A program made the position numbers and the translations under genes. DNA of 64,000 bases from Thermoproteota archaeon (GTDB taxonomy: Archaea; Thermoproteota; EX4484-205; JAAOZP01), in contig JBNAVT010000002.1 in NCBI GenBank assembly GCA_049700215.1, positions 45,507-109,506 of the forward strand, given 5' to 3'. Under the pieces are notes generated by a model, which was given only the letters and a program-made list of their open reading frames with translations, searched no databases and was not told the DNA's origin. Positions 39,261 through 49,729 of this stretch are shown in pieces (within the stretch, counting starts at the first letter, position 1; each line of letters begins with the position of its first letter).

Positions 39261-40538
39261 TCAAGACAGGCTGGTGAGGCCCTCTGGAAACTCCAGCCCG
39301 AAGTCTGAAATCCTCTTCTTAACCATGCTCATTATCTTCTTGCTGCTTAGCCTCCTAATGCTCGTGGGCTGCAGTATCCCTATGTCTGTCACAATGGCCG
39401 TTATGAACCTTGGCGGGGTCACGTCGAAAGCAGGGTTGAAAATCCTAACCTGCTTCCTACCGGGCTCACGTGTCACAATGCTTTCCGAAGGAGGCCACTC
39501 CTCCAAGGCTTTCTCGGAAACCAGTCCCCTGCTCTTCATATCCTTCGCGATCAAACTATAGGGGTATGTTACTTCATCTATGCTCCTCTCCTCGATCTCT
39601 ATATCCCTCCCCTTTTTAACGTCCAGCGATATTGTAGAGTAGGAGGTAGCGTAGTAGAAGGGTGCCTTAAAATACTTGAAAAGCCGGGCGATGTCGGCTG
39701 AGCCAACCTTGTTGGCTACTGAACCGTCTCTAGCGACTCTGTCAGCCCCGAGAATAGCCTTGTTCACACCCAGCCTTTCGAACGATATTGAAACCATGTT
39801 GTCTGTAACTATTGTCGTAGGAACCCCCACCCTGTTCAGCTCCCAGACGGTTAGCCTATATCCCTGGCTCCTCGGCCTAGTCTCCTTCGAGACAACCTTA
39901 ACATCCACGCCGTTCGAGTATGCTTCCTCTATTATGCCTAGAGCATGCCCCATGAGCGTTGAGGAGAGGCTTCCACCATTGCAGTGCGTCATTATCACGT
40001 CGCCGTTTCCAACAATCTTCAAGCCGTAGCTCCGCATATAGTAGTTTAAAGCCATGTCTTGAGCAAGTATGAAGTCTGAGATTTTGCGCAGAGCATCTGT
40101 TGATTTCTCCAGGCTTCCAGTCTCCTCGTAAACCCTCTTACAGTAGTTGTAGGCCAGGAGCGTGGCCCAGGCCAACGGGGCTGCAGTTGGTCTTGCGTAA
40201 GCTATTTCGCGAGCCATCTGGCTCAACTGTCCAAGCGGGTCTGAGCTTCGCTTAGCCTGGGTTGCTCCGGTCAGCAAAGTGTAGGCGCCGGCTACACCTA
40301 TGGCTTGAGACCCTCTTACAACCATGTTTTTAATAGCCTGAACCCCGTCCTTCCAGTCGCCTATTTCCCGTGCCGCGACTTCAAAGGGAAGCTTATTCTG
40401 ATCTAGGAGAATGAGCCTTTCCTTCTCATGGTTATACCAGAGGGTTACTGGCAGAGTCGTCTTCTTATGCAAAGGGAGGCCTAGCGCAGGATCCTCCTCG
40501 AGCCCAAGCTTTTGCGAAACATGCTTCAAATATTCCAA
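39261..40538 (-). CDS. mtnA: Methylthioribose-1-phosphate isomerase (eIF-2B family)
   Basis: LDQ..LP, MVVRG, ARPTA, THCN, ETRP..QG..LT.WEL, GADR, NKVG and NPAFDVTP motifs. Confidence 0.88.
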   Translation of the reverse strand: MEYLKHVSQKLGLEEDPALGLPLHKKTTLPVTLWYNHEKERLILLDQNKLPFEVAAREIGDWKDGVQAIKNMVVRGSQAIGVAGAYTLLTGATQAKRSSDPLGQLSQMAREIAYARPTAAPLAWATLLAYNYCKRVYEETGSLEKSTDALRKISDFILAQDMALNYYMRSYGLKIVGNGDVIMTHCNGGSLSSTLMGHALGIIEEAYSNGVDVKVVSKETRPRSQGYRLTVWELNRVGVPTTIVTDNMVSISFERLGVNKAILGADRVARDGSVANKVGSADIARLFKYFKAPFYYATSYSTISLDVKKGRDIEIEERSIDEVTYPYSLIAKDMKSRGLVSEKALEEWPPSESIVTREPGRKQVRIFNPAFDVTPPRFITAIVTDIGILQPTSIRRLSSKKIMSMVKKRISDFGLEFPEGLTSLS

Positions 40539-40604
40539 TTCTAAGGTTTTTCAAACATTCTGGAAGTTTTTATCTTTATCTCCCGCTCCTCCTATTGGGT
40601 ATGG

Positions 40605-41312
40605 ATGAAGCGTGACGCTGGAAGGCGGGTAGCCGGGGTCTTCAGGCCTGCTGAAGTAATAGTTGCCTCCGGAGTAAGACCTGGTGTTAAGCCGAGTGAT
40701 GTCTACGAGGTTTGCAGCGAGGCTTTGAAACAGGGTATTAGGGATGTTTGCATACCGAGCGTATACGTCGGGGAGGCTGGGGCCCTCTTCGAGAATACTG
40801 GTTTAAAGTTGTCGACAATGATATCTTTCCCAACAGGACTGATGCCCCTCGAGCTAAAGATGATGGAGATTAGGCTCGCCTCTGAGCAGGGTGTTGAGGA
40901 AGTATACTTCTACCCTAATCTGGGAAACTATCTTGACAGTAGGATTGTCGAGTTCGAGTCCGAGCTTTCGAGGATAACGGAGGCTTCTCAGCTAATCGGC
41001 TTGAGAAACGTTAAGCCGGTTGTCGAGATGGGCTTGGTTTCGGAAAAACAGTTAAGGGAGATCATTAGTATTTTCGAATCATCAGGTTTCGACACGGTGG
41101 TCGTCTCATCCGGCTTCGGCTTGAAGAGAATGAGTCTTGAGGAGCTGTCGATTTTGAAAAACATTGAGCAGGATGTGACGATCGAGGCCCACTGCAGGCT
41201 GGGCTCGCTGCAGGACTTGCGGAGCCTGGTTGAAAACAGGGTGTACAAAGTATGTACGGTAGACTACAAGGTTGCTCGGGAAGAAGGCTCCGTCAAGCGG
41301 CTTGAAGAATAG
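40605..41312 (+). CDS. DeoC-like TIM barrel lacking catalytic lysines
   Basis: VCIP, ISFPTG and KPVVE motifs. VVVSSGFG replaces FVKTSTGF. Confidence 0.7.
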   Translation: MKRDAGRRVAGVFRPAEVIVASGVRPGVKPSDVYEVCSEALKQGIRDVCIPSVYVGEAGALFENTGLKLSTMISFPTGLMPLELKMMEIRLASEQGVEEVYFYPNLGNYLDSRIVEFESELSRITEASQLIGLRNVKPVVEMGLVSEKQLREIISIFESSGFDTVVVSSGFGLKRMSLEELSILKNIEQDVTIEAHCRLGSLQDLRSLVENRVYKVCTVDYKVAREEGSVKRLEE

Positions 41313-42531
41313 TTCGTGGGAAAAACATATATTCGGACCCAGACAGGTCAACACGGCTTTGTCGCCGTACAGGATTGCTTTAATGCCCGGCGATGGGATT
41401 GGGCCTGAGGTGGTGAGGGAGGCGGTTAAAGTTGGATGGGGCCTACTTGAAGCCATGGGTGTCCCAATGGTTTTCGAAGAGTTTCCTAACGGTGCTGAAC
41501 ACTACCTTAAAACCGGTGAAACGCTTTCAGAATATACTTTGGGAAGGCTGAAGGGTTTTGACGCGATTTTCTTCGGGGCTGTTGGAGACCCGAGGGTTAA
41601 GCCAGGTGTTCTCGAGAAAGGTGTTCTCCTGAGGATGCGCTCCTCACTGGATCTTTACGTGAACCTGCGGCCAGTCAGGCTCCTCAAGGGTGTTGAAACA
41701 CCTTTGAAAACATCTGGGGATAAGAGTATTGACTTCGTAGTCATACGTGAGAACACTGAGGATTTCTACGTAGACATGGGTGGCAGAGTGTGTGAAGGAT
41801 GCTCAAGGCTCTTCGAGTATACTGTTGAAGCCGGCGGGGCTAAGGGGAGCAGATACAGGGTTGAGGTTGAAAGTAGGAATGGCGAGGCCTTTCAAATAGG
41901 AATAATATCGGTTAAGGGTGCTGAAAGAATAGTAAGGTATGGTTTCGAATACGCCCTTAGAAGAGGCTTGAACCTTATAACTTTCGTTGATAAGGCTAAC
42001 GTGCTCACTGAAACATACGGTCTCTGGAGGGAGGTCGTTGAAAAAGTGTGGGGAGAGTACGGCGGCAGGGTTGGTAGAGAATTCATGTATGTTGATGCTG
42101 CAGCGCTACACATGGTTTTAAACCCTGGCCGCTTCAAGATAATTGTTGCTCCAAACATGTTCGGAGACATTTTAACGGACTTGGGGGCAGCGATCCAAGG
42201 CGGTCTGGGTTTCGCGCCGAGTGGAAACATTAATCCTGAGGGTGTTTCGATGTTTGAGCCTGTTCACGGGAGTGCTCCGGACAAGGCTGGCCTAAACATA
42301 GCTAACCCTGTTGCGGCGATACTTACCTTCTCCCTCATGCTGGAACACTTGTGGAGCAGAAGCGGTGATAAGCGTCTGCTCGAAGCCTCGAAAATAATTG
42401 AGACGGCTGTTGAGAATGTTTTAGCAAGTGGCAGGTGCAGGACGCTGGACATGGGCGGGGTCTCTAAGACGAGTGAGATGGGGGACGCTGTTCTGGATGA
42501 GTCTAAACGCTTATTGACGGATGGAAGATGA
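41272..42531 (+). CDS. Isocitrate/isopropylmalate dehydrogenase family protein
   Basis: PGDGIGPEV, RENTE, DKAN, NMFGDILTD and EPVHGSAPD motifs. The start is probably later than annotated. Confidence 0.9.
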   Translation: MLGKKAPSSGLKNSSWEKHIFGPRQVNTALSPYRIALMPGDGIGPEVVREAVKVGWGLLEAMGVPMVFEEFPNGAEHYLKTGETLSEYTLGRLKGFDAIFFGAVGDPRVKPGVLEKGVLLRMRSSLDLYVNLRPVRLLKGVETPLKTSGDKSIDFVVIRENTEDFYVDMGGRVCEGCSRLFEYTVEAGGAKGSRYRVEVESRNGEAFQIGIISVKGAERIVRYGFEYALRRGLNLITFVDKANVLTETYGLWREVVEKVWGEYGGRVGREFMYVDAAALHMVLNPGRFKIIVAPNMFGDILTDLGAAIQGGLGFAPSGNINPEGVSMFEPVHGSAPDKAGLNIANPVAAILTFSLMLEHLWSRSGDKRLLEASKIIETAVENVLASGRCRTLDMGGVSKTSEMGDAVLDESKRLLTDGR

Positions 42532-43643
42532 AGAGCCTAATCTTTAAGAAGGATGGTCTCCAGAGGCTGAGTGCAAGCTATATTCCTGAAAGGCTTCCAA
42601 GTAGGGAGGAGCACCAGCTTGAAATATTCAATACTGTAATAGGTTTCCTGGAGGGCAGGCTCCCTTTGAAAGCTATTGTTTTAAACGGTCCAAGCGGCTC
42701 CGGTAAGACCGTTACTGTAAAGAAGGCTTCTGAACAGGTTTTGAAATACTGTAGCCAGAGGGGCATCAGGCTTGAATACCGTCATTTAAACACGAGGTTT
42801 GCTTCCTCAGACTTCACTCTTGCACAGATGATTGCGCTGAGCCTAATGCCTAACATTCCTGGCAGGGGCTACAGCAGCAGGGAGCTCCTGTTCACTGTCT
42901 TCGACTATCTTGAAAAATCAGGCAGGAGCTTCCTGCTCGTGCTGGATGATTTCGACAGCTTCCTAAGCGGAGTTAGAAGCAGGTTTTTCACGGATCTTTT
43001 AAAGATTTCAGAGGAGTATGAGGACAGGGTTAAGGTGATCCTGGTACTCATCGGAATAGAGGATGTTTCCCGCAAGGTTAAAGATTCTTGGGCGACCTCC
43101 TTCTTCTGGAGGATAGGCAGAAGCTTTAAACCATACACTGCTGAAGAAATCTCAGTGATACTTAAGGACAGGGTGGAGCTCTCTTTTAACGAGGATAGTG
43201 TTGACGATTCCCTAGTATACTTGATGGGTAGGCTGACTGAAAGATTCGGATACGGTTCAGCAAGATATGGCATCGAGCTCCTGCTTGCAAGCGGGCTTAA
43301 CGCGAGCTACGAGGGGTCTGCCAGGGTTTCCTGCGAGCATGTGAGGGAGGCCCAGTACAGGATTGAAAGCGTAATCACGCCTGGAGACTTGAAAACAGTT
43401 TTCTCCCAGGATCCTGAAATGCGCAGGCTTGTAGAGAGGCTTCTACGCGTCTTCGAGTCTTGCAACGAGCCTTTCGTAGGCTTTAAGACGCTTGAGGAGC
43501 ATGGTGTTAGAATAAGGGATGGCAGCGTGGCTGAGAAGCTTAAGAGGCTGCATTTCGAGGGGCTGCTGGACTATAACCCGTCTCGGAGAGAGGTTGCTTT
43601 AATAGGGATGCCCCTCCGGCTTCTTCAACAGGCTTTCGACTAG
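42528..43643 (+). CDS. Cdc6/Orc1-like AAA+ ATPase, divergent
   Basis: YIPERLPSRE, GPSGSGKT, LVLDDFD, FKPYTAEE...IL.DRV and GSARYGIELL motifs. Confidence 0.8.
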   Translation: MKSLIFKKDGLQRLSASYIPERLPSREEHQLEIFNTVIGFLEGRLPLKAIVLNGPSGSGKTVTVKKASEQVLKYCSQRGIRLEYRHLNTRFASSDFTLAQMIALSLMPNIPGRGYSSRELLFTVFDYLEKSGRSFLLVLDDFDSFLSGVRSRFFTDLLKISEEYEDRVKVILVLIGIEDVSRKVKDSWATSFFWRIGRSFKPYTAEEISVILKDRVELSFNEDSVDDSLVYLMGRLTERFGYGSARYGIELLLASGLNASYEGSARVSCEHVREAQYRIESVITPGDLKTVFSQDPEMRRLVERLLRVFESCNEPFVGFKTLEEHGVRIRDGSVAEKLKRLHFEGLLDYNPSRREVALIGMPLRLLQQAFD

Positions 43644-44304
43644 TCTTCTCCCTGCGGGAAACTAGTATGAGTAAAACTATTGCTAGAAAGGTTGCTAGAA
43701 GCAGATAGTTTAACAGGGTAACGTCTCCCTCGCTGATGCCTGCTCCAAGCTTCTCACCCATATAGCTGTAGAAAAAGGCTCTTGGAACCGTCCCCAGGAG
43801 GGTTGCGACGGTGAACGATACTAAGGCTATTCCCGTCGCCCCGGCGAAATAGGAAACGGCGTCGAAGGAAATCCAAGGTATGAATCTGGCTGCGAAAATT
43901 ATTTTAGACCCGTGTTTCACGAAAAGCTTCTCCACCTTCTCAAGCTGTTGCCTGCTTACTAGTCTCTCAACCAGCGGCCTGCCGAACTTCAGGCCTATTA
44001 CGTAGTTTATCAGGGCGCCGCTCATCAAGCCGAGTGTTCCAACTGCGGTGGAGGCTTCGAAGCCGAAGGCTGAGCCGCTCATAATCAGCACTGCCTCAGC
44101 AGGTATGACTGCTATTATCGATTGGACTATCATAAGCAGGTAGAAGCCGGGTAGTCCTCCTTTCAACATTGCCTTCTGAAGCTGGTTGAAATATTCGGAT
44201 AAAACTCTGGGAATAATGTTGACTATAATAATGGCTGTGACCACGATTATTGAAAACAGTAGCTTGGCATCCAGCTTCATTGCAACCTCCCTAACCTCTC
44301 GCAT
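43540..44304 (-). CDS. TVP38/TMEM64 (VTT/DedA-like) membrane protein
   Basis: IPAE..L..SG.AFG and ARFIP.ISFD.VSY motifs. Confidence 0.85.
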   Translation of the reverse strand: MREVREVAMKLDAKLLFSIIVVTAIIIVNIIPRVLSEYFNQLQKAMLKGGLPGFYLLMIVQSIIAVIPAEAVLIMSGSAFGFEASTAVGTLGLMSGALINYVIGLKFGRPLVERLVSRQQLEKVEKLFVKHGSKIIFAARFIPWISFDAVSYFAGATGIALVSFTVATLLGTVPRAFFYSYMGEKLGAGISEGDVTLLNYLLLATFLAIVLLILVSRREKTSRKPVEEAGGASLLKQPLSETGYSPAAPRNAAS

Positions 44305-44396
44305 AAGGCCCTTATTAATCCTTAAGCCGCCTTAGAAAACCTTTAAAGAAACCTGTTTAGAGAGACGCTATTCAAAACGGTGAGGAGGGTAACTGG

Positions 44397-45539
44397 TTGG
44401 AGCCCGAATGCTCAAGCAGTATTCCGGTGCTTGACGATGTTGAGGCAGTCAGGATGATCGATAAGGGAAACATGCGGCTCATGATATCCTCGTTTCCAGC
44501 TTTACTGAAAGAGGCGGTGGAGCTGTCCAGGGGCCTGCGTCTTCCTGAAGGCTACAGGAACGCCAGGGAGATTATTGTGTGCGGGATGGGTGGCTCAGCC
44601 ATAGGTGGAGACCTTTTCAAAGACCTCTCTCAAGCGATGAGCCCGCTACGAGTCTCCGTAATCAGGGACTACGACCTGCCTAGGCACGTTGACGAGAGTA
44701 GCCTGGTGGTGGCGGTAAGCTATTCCGGGAACACTGAGGAAACGCTTGAGTCCTTCAAGCAGGCTTACGAGAGGGGTTCCCGGATAATTGGTATTGCTTC
44801 CAACGGTCTGCTGGGGAAGGCTTGCTCCAAGCTTAAAATCCCGTTCATAGGGGTTCCATCCGGGTACACGCCTAGGTCAGCGCTTCCACTGCTATTCATA
44901 CCATTGTTGAAAGTGGCTGAGGAAATAGGTTTCCCAATGGTGGGAGAGGGTGAGCTGGCTGAAGCCCACGGGCTGATTGAAGAGTATAATTCTAAACTCA
45001 CCCCGGAAGTGCCTTTAAGCCGGAACCCGGCTAAGCAGCTGGCTGCTAGGCTGCATCAGAAGCTTCCAATCATATACTCCATGGGACACTTGAAATCCGT
45101 CGCCCTAAGGTATAAGGATCAGATTAATGAGAACGCTAAGATGAGGGCTATGTGCGACCAGCTTCCAGAGGCAAACCATAATGAGGTTGAAGCATGGGAG
45201 AAGGTTGATTTCAAAGAGCTCCTCCACGTTGTTTTCATCGACAGCCGTTTCAAGAACCCCTATATCGCTGAAAGCGTCAACAACCTTGTTTCAAAGATTG
45301 AGAAAGAGGGTGTTGGATTAAGCATGGTTAAACCGCTTGGCGGAACAATGCTTGAAGAGATGCTTTCAGCCATAATACTGGGGGACTGGGCTAGCTACTA
45401 CCTTGCTATACTTAGGGGGGTTGACCCAGCTCCCGTCAGCCTAATAAGTGAGCTGAAGAAGAAGCATGATGAGAAAACGAGATACTCTGAAAAGTTTGAA
45501 GAATGGCTGTGTAAGCTCGGTGAAAATGGTGAAGACTAG
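44397..45539 (+). CDS. Bifunctional phosphoglucose/phosphomannose isomerase
   Basis: GMGGS, SYSGNTEET, QINENAK and PE.NHNEVE motifs. Confidence 0.92.
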   Translation: MEPECSSSIPVLDDVEAVRMIDKGNMRLMISSFPALLKEAVELSRGLRLPEGYRNAREIIVCGMGGSAIGGDLFKDLSQAMSPLRVSVIRDYDLPRHVDESSLVVAVSYSGNTEETLESFKQAYERGSRIIGIASNGLLGKACSKLKIPFIGVPSGYTPRSALPLLFIPLLKVAEEIGFPMVGEGELAEAHGLIEEYNSKLTPEVPLSRNPAKQLAARLHQKLPIIYSMGHLKSVALRYKDQINENAKMRAMCDQLPEANHNEVEAWEKVDFKELLHVVFIDSRFKNPYIAESVNNLVSKIEKEGVGLSMVKPLGGTMLEEMLSAIILGDWASYYLAILRGVDPAPVSLISELKKKHDEKTRYSEKFEEWLCKLGENGED

Positions 45540-46327
45540 AGATACCTTGTTATGCCACGCTTCTCAACGCTTCTTTCCCGCATAAGGGTCTTGGTTAATT
45601 CGAGCATACTGATCCTTTTGAACTCCATCCTGTTTCTTCTCAGGATTCTTTCAGCCTCTCCCGTCACACTCGGGGCTAGGAGCACAATCCTGACGCCTGC
45701 ACCAAGCCCCCCGGCATACCTCAACAACTGTCTAACAGCCTCTAAACCCGCCCTATCCTTTTTTATTTCAACTATTGTCCTACGATTGTTCGCGTCAACT
45801 CCAACAATGTCAACCACTCCGGTTTTCTCCCTTGCTTCCGCCGACGTTACTCTAAATCCTTCCTCCACGAGCTCAGGATGCCTACGGAGGATTTCAGAAA
45901 TCTCCCTCTCGCTCAGATACATTTGGAACTCCCCCTTGTCCTCAAGCCTTCCCGAGAAGATGCTTTTCACCCCGTATATTTTTACGATGATTTTCTCAGG
46001 CCTCCTGACTCTTTTAACAGTAAGGACAATATGATCCCGGTCGACGGCAATCCCGACGTAGTTCGGAGGAGGCTGCCAGTTAACCGGCTCGAGCCCGGAG
46101 GGCCTGTGAATCAGGAAGGAAGTGTCCTCCTTAACAATTAGGAGTCTCTCACCCTTCTCCAAGAATGATCTTGCCCTTCCAACGTAATCAGCCTCGCAAA
46201 GGCATGTTAACGCGATGAACTCTTTAGCGCTAACAGCCTTTTTAAGCTGCTCCGCCGCCTCCTCCAAGTCGGGTTTAACCATCAGCATCCCACGTGGCTG
46301 GCGGGATTTATTTCTTTTTTTCAACAT
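45536..46327 (-). CDS. nucS: Mismatch endonuclease NucS/EndoMS
   Basis: YVGRA, PVNWQP, D...EIK and QLLRY motifs, with a PIP-like C-terminus. Confidence 0.92.
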   Translation of the reverse strand: MLKKRNKSRQPRGMLMVKPDLEEAAEQLKKAVSAKEFIALTCLCEADYVGRARSFLEKGERLLIVKEDTSFLIHRPSGLEPVNWQPPPNYVGIAVDRDHIVLTVKRVRRPEKIIVKIYGVKSIFSGRLEDKGEFQMYLSEREISEILRRHPELVEEGFRVTSAEAREKTGVVDIVGVDANNRRTIVEIKKDRAGLEAVRQLLRYAGGLGAGVRIVLLAPSVTGEAERILRRNRMEFKRISMLELTKTLMRERSVEKRGITRYL

Positions 46328-46490
46328 TCTGTCGCTGTTCGAATCAAGATTTTTAAACAGTTTTGCAAGGTTTTGGCATGAACGTTTTTTAACTGTTTCG
46401 TTCTACGAGCGTGCACGATGAAACTTAATAAACCCCTCCTGTGAAATCTTTCCAGTTGAAAAGTGTTGACGGGAGGGGAGATGCCGGGCG

Positions 46491-48758
46491 TTGAGCGATA
46501 AGAGGGAGGGTTTTCAAAACGATGCGGGAAGAAAGAAGGATCCGCCTGACTATGTTTACCTGCGTGTCGCTGAGGCCCAGCCTACTGACGTGGGACGGGG
46601 GTACGCTAGGATAGATCCTGAGGTTGCGAAGCTTCTGAATCTTTCACCTGGGGACGCTATAGAGATCGTTGGCAGAAGGAAGACTTATGCCCTCGTGTGG
46701 CCTGCGTCAGCCAAGGACAGGGGCCTAGGCCTGATCAGGATAGACGGATACACGAGGGAGAATGTCGGCGTCAGCCTAGACGACAAGGTTAGGATCAGAA
46801 AGGTAACGGCTAGGTATGCTACTACTGTTGTTCTGGCGCACACCGAGCAGCCTAGGATGGTTAACGGCGAGGAGTTTGTGAAAAGCATAATGATAGGCCG
46901 GATAATAAACAGGGGTGACATTATTCCGGTGAGGATAATGGGCAAGATTGTTCAGCTAGTTGTCGTCTCCTACCAGCCTGCTGCTGAAGCAGTTATCGTT
47001 ACCGAGGACACTGTTGTTAAGATCAGCGAGAAAATATACCAGATTAAGAAGCTTCTCCCAAGGGTTACCTACGAGGATATAGGCGGCTTGGAGGAGGCTA
47101 TACAGAAGATCAGGGAGATGGTTGAGCTCCCCCTGAGGCACCCGGAGCTTTTCGACAGGCTGGGGATAGAGGCTCCGAAGGGTATTCTCCTCTACGGTCC
47201 GCCCGGTACTGGCAAGACCCTGCTGGCGAAAGCCGTGGCGAACGAGACCAATGCGCACTTCATAAGCATAAGCGGGCCTGAGATAATGAGCAAGTACTAT
47301 GGTGAAAGCGAGCAGAGGCTGAGGGAGATATTCAAGGAGGCTGAGGAGAATTCTCCAAGCATAGTCTTCATAGATGAGCTTGACTCCATAGCTCCAAAGA
47401 GGGAGGATGTTACTGGAGAGGTTGAGAAGAGGGTTGTCGCGCAGCTTCTCTCCCTGATGGACGGTTTGCAGACTCGTGGAAAGGTTGTGGTAATAGGCTG
47501 TACGAACAGGGTTAACGCGATAGACCCTGCTCTCCGCAGGCCGGGCAGGTTCGACAGGGAGATAGAGATAGGCGTGCCCGATAAGAAGGCGAGGCTGGAG
47601 ATACTTCAGATCCATATAAGGGGTATGCCGCTCTCCGACGACGTTGACCTTAAAAGGCTGGCTGAGCTAACTCCCGGTTTCGTCGGCGCTGACCTAGCGG
47701 CCCTAGCTAAGGAGGCAGCATTAAGATGCTTAAGGGAAGTGCTTCCCGAGATAGACCTTGAAACCGAGGTCATTCCGATAGAGGTTCTCAGCAAGCTCGT
47801 GGTCAGGATGAAGCATTTCATGGATGCTTTGAAAGAGATAGAGCCATCCGCGTTAAGAGAAATAATGGTTGAAAGCCCTAATGTGCACTGGGATGATATC
47901 GGTGGCCTTGAAGACGTTAAGAGGGAGCTGATAACCTCGATAGAGTGGCCCCTAAGGTTCCCGGAGCTTTTCAAGAAGCTTAACATTAGGCAGCCGAAGG
48001 GTATTCTCCTCTACGGTCCGCCCGGTACTGGCAAGACCCTGCTGGCGAAAGCCTTGGCGACTGAGAGCGAGGCCAACTTCATAAGCATCAAGGGTCCAGA
48101 GCTGCTTTCAAAATGGGTCGGCGAGTCTGAGAGGGGCATTAGAGAAGTCTTTAGGAAGGCTAGGCAGGTTGCCCCCTGCATAATCTTCTTCGACGAGATT
48201 GATTCAATCGCGCCCGTCAGGGGTAGGGATGTTAGCAGCGACGTTACCGAGAGGGTTGTCAGCCAGCTTCTCACAGAGATGGATGGGTTGCAGGATCTCA
48301 GGGGAGTCATAGTCATAGGTGCGACTAACAGGCCTGACATAATTGACCCTGCTCTGCTGAGGGCTGGAAGGTTCGATAAGCTTATAGGCTTAAGCTGGCC
48401 TGATAGAGAGACCCGCAAGAAAATATTCCAGATACATTTAAGGGGGAAGCCTATAGCGCCTGACGTGAACATCGATGAGCTGGCCTCGATGACTGAAGGC
48501 TTCTCCGGGGCTGACATAGCCCAATCGTGCAACGACGCCGGCCTTATAGCGATAAAAGAGTTGCTGGAGATGTCTAGCGACGAGGAGAAGGTTATGAGGA
48601 TGACTGAGAAGCTAGTTATTCAAAAGAGGCACCTGATGGAGGCAATAACCAAGATAAACATCCCGTCTCCAGAGGAGCGCAGGGCCTACGAGCTCATGAT
48701 GTCGAAGTTCGCTGGCACAGCAAAGTCGACAATAATGGCTTCGCCAACACTGGTTTAA
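46491..48758 (+). CDS. cdc48: CDC48/VCP AAA ATPase
   Basis: N-domain plus two AAA modules (GPPGTGKT x2). Confidence 0.96.
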   Translation: MSDKREGFQNDAGRKKDPPDYVYLRVAEAQPTDVGRGYARIDPEVAKLLNLSPGDAIEIVGRRKTYALVWPASAKDRGLGLIRIDGYTRENVGVSLDDKVRIRKVTARYATTVVLAHTEQPRMVNGEEFVKSIMIGRIINRGDIIPVRIMGKIVQLVVVSYQPAAEAVIVTEDTVVKISEKIYQIKKLLPRVTYEDIGGLEEAIQKIREMVELPLRHPELFDRLGIEAPKGILLYGPPGTGKTLLAKAVANETNAHFISISGPEIMSKYYGESEQRLREIFKEAEENSPSIVFIDELDSIAPKREDVTGEVEKRVVAQLLSLMDGLQTRGKVVVIGCTNRVNAIDPALRRPGRFDREIEIGVPDKKARLEILQIHIRGMPLSDDVDLKRLAELTPGFVGADLAALAKEAALRCLREVLPEIDLETEVIPIEVLSKLVVRMKHFMDALKEIEPSALREIMVESPNVHWDDIGGLEDVKRELITSIEWPLRFPELFKKLNIRQPKGILLYGPPGTGKTLLAKALATESEANFISIKGPELLSKWVGESERGIREVFRKARQVAPCIIFFDEIDSIAPVRGRDVSSDVTERVVSQLLTEMDGLQDLRGVIVIGATNRPDIIDPALLRAGRFDKLIGLSWPDRETRKKIFQIHLRGKPIAPDVNIDELASMTEGFSGADIAQSCNDAGLIAIKELLEMSSDEEKVMRMTEKLVIQKRHLMEAITKINIPSPEERRAYELMMSKFAGTAKSTIMASPTLV
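47175..47234. repeat. 60-bp exact repeat of the Walker A region (second copy 47994-48053)
   Basis: CCGAAGGGTATTCTCC...GCGAAAGCC is identical in D1 and D2, including silent sites. Confidence 0.9.
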
Positions 48759-48817
48759 ACAGGCTTAGAGGAGAAAACATTTATTTATTTCAGTCGTGGA
48801 GACTAGTTGAGCAAGCC

Positions 48818-49672
48818 ATGTGTGCAAGCGTAAGGTACAGGCCTCCTGAGACAGCTGAAATAGGTATTTTCGGGGGAACCGGCAACTATGATCCTTCATA
48901 CCTTCAGGACGCTAAACAGTTTAAAGTATACACGCCCTACGGGCCGCCCTCAGACCTTGTAACAGTAGGGTGGGTTAAAGACAGGAAGGTTGCCTTCCTG
49001 CCGAGGCACGGCAGGCACCACACAATACCGCCTTACAGGGTCAACTACAGGGCCAACGTCTGGGCCTTTAAAACGCTGGGTGTAACCAGGATAATAAGCC
49101 CCGCCGCCGTCGGGAGTCTTCAACCGGAGTTCATAAAGCCCTATGAGTTCGTCGTGGTAGACCAGTTTTTCGACAGGACGACGAACAGGAGGAGCCTCTC
49201 CTTCTACGAGGGCGGTGTCGTTGGGCACGTCCCCTTCAGCGACCCAGTCTGCCCGGAGCTGAGGAGAATATTCTTGGACTCAGGTAGGAGGGTGCTTCCC
49301 AACGTGAAGATCCACCCAACCCCGGAGGAGGAGGCGGGGGGAAAATCGTTCACATACGTAACCATCGAGGGCCCGAGGTTCTCAACGAGAGCTGAATCGC
49401 TCTTCTACAAGAGCCTAGGGTTCTCAGTCGTAGGTATGACGGCAGTGTCTGAAGCATACTTGGCGAGGGAGGCTGAGATATGTTTCCTCAGCATCGCGCT
49501 CATCACGGACACGGACGTGTACGGTTTAATGCCGGTTACGGCTGAAAGGGTTGCTAAAAGCATGAGGGAGAACGTTGCGAACGTCAATAGGCTTATCTAC
49601 GAGACAATCCCCACGATACCGAGGGAGAGGAAGTGTGGCTGTGACACTGTGCTGGATGTTTCACTCTACTGA
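48818..49672 (+). CDS. mtnP: 5'-methylthioadenosine phosphorylase
   Basis: GGTG, RHGR.H, EGPRFSTRAES and VGMT motifs. Confidence 0.9.
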   Translation: MCASVRYRPPETAEIGIFGGTGNYDPSYLQDAKQFKVYTPYGPPSDLVTVGWVKDRKVAFLPRHGRHHTIPPYRVNYRANVWAFKTLGVTRIISPAAVGSLQPEFIKPYEFVVVDQFFDRTTNRRSLSFYEGGVVGHVPFSDPVCPELRRIFLDSGRRVLPNVKIHPTPEEEAGGKSFTYVTIEGPRFSTRAESLFYKSLGFSVVGMTAVSEAYLAREAEICFLSIALITDTDVYGLMPVTAERVAKSMRENVANVNRLIYETIPTIPRERKCGCDTVLDVSLY

Positions 49673-49729
49673 GGAGGCTGGGGGTAAAAATCCCGACGAG
49701 GGCTCAGCAGACGGGGGAGAAGGATACGG

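Noticed and set aside
42400-43700. Replication origin next to cdc6
   Set aside because: Both flanks overlap neighbouring genes, and no ORB repeats or AT-rich unwinding element are visible.
46685-48532. Long antisense/shadow ORFs (e.g. 46956..47615, 48011..48532, and similarly 30168..30713)
   Set aside because: They lie opposite well-supported genes and have no recognisable motifs.
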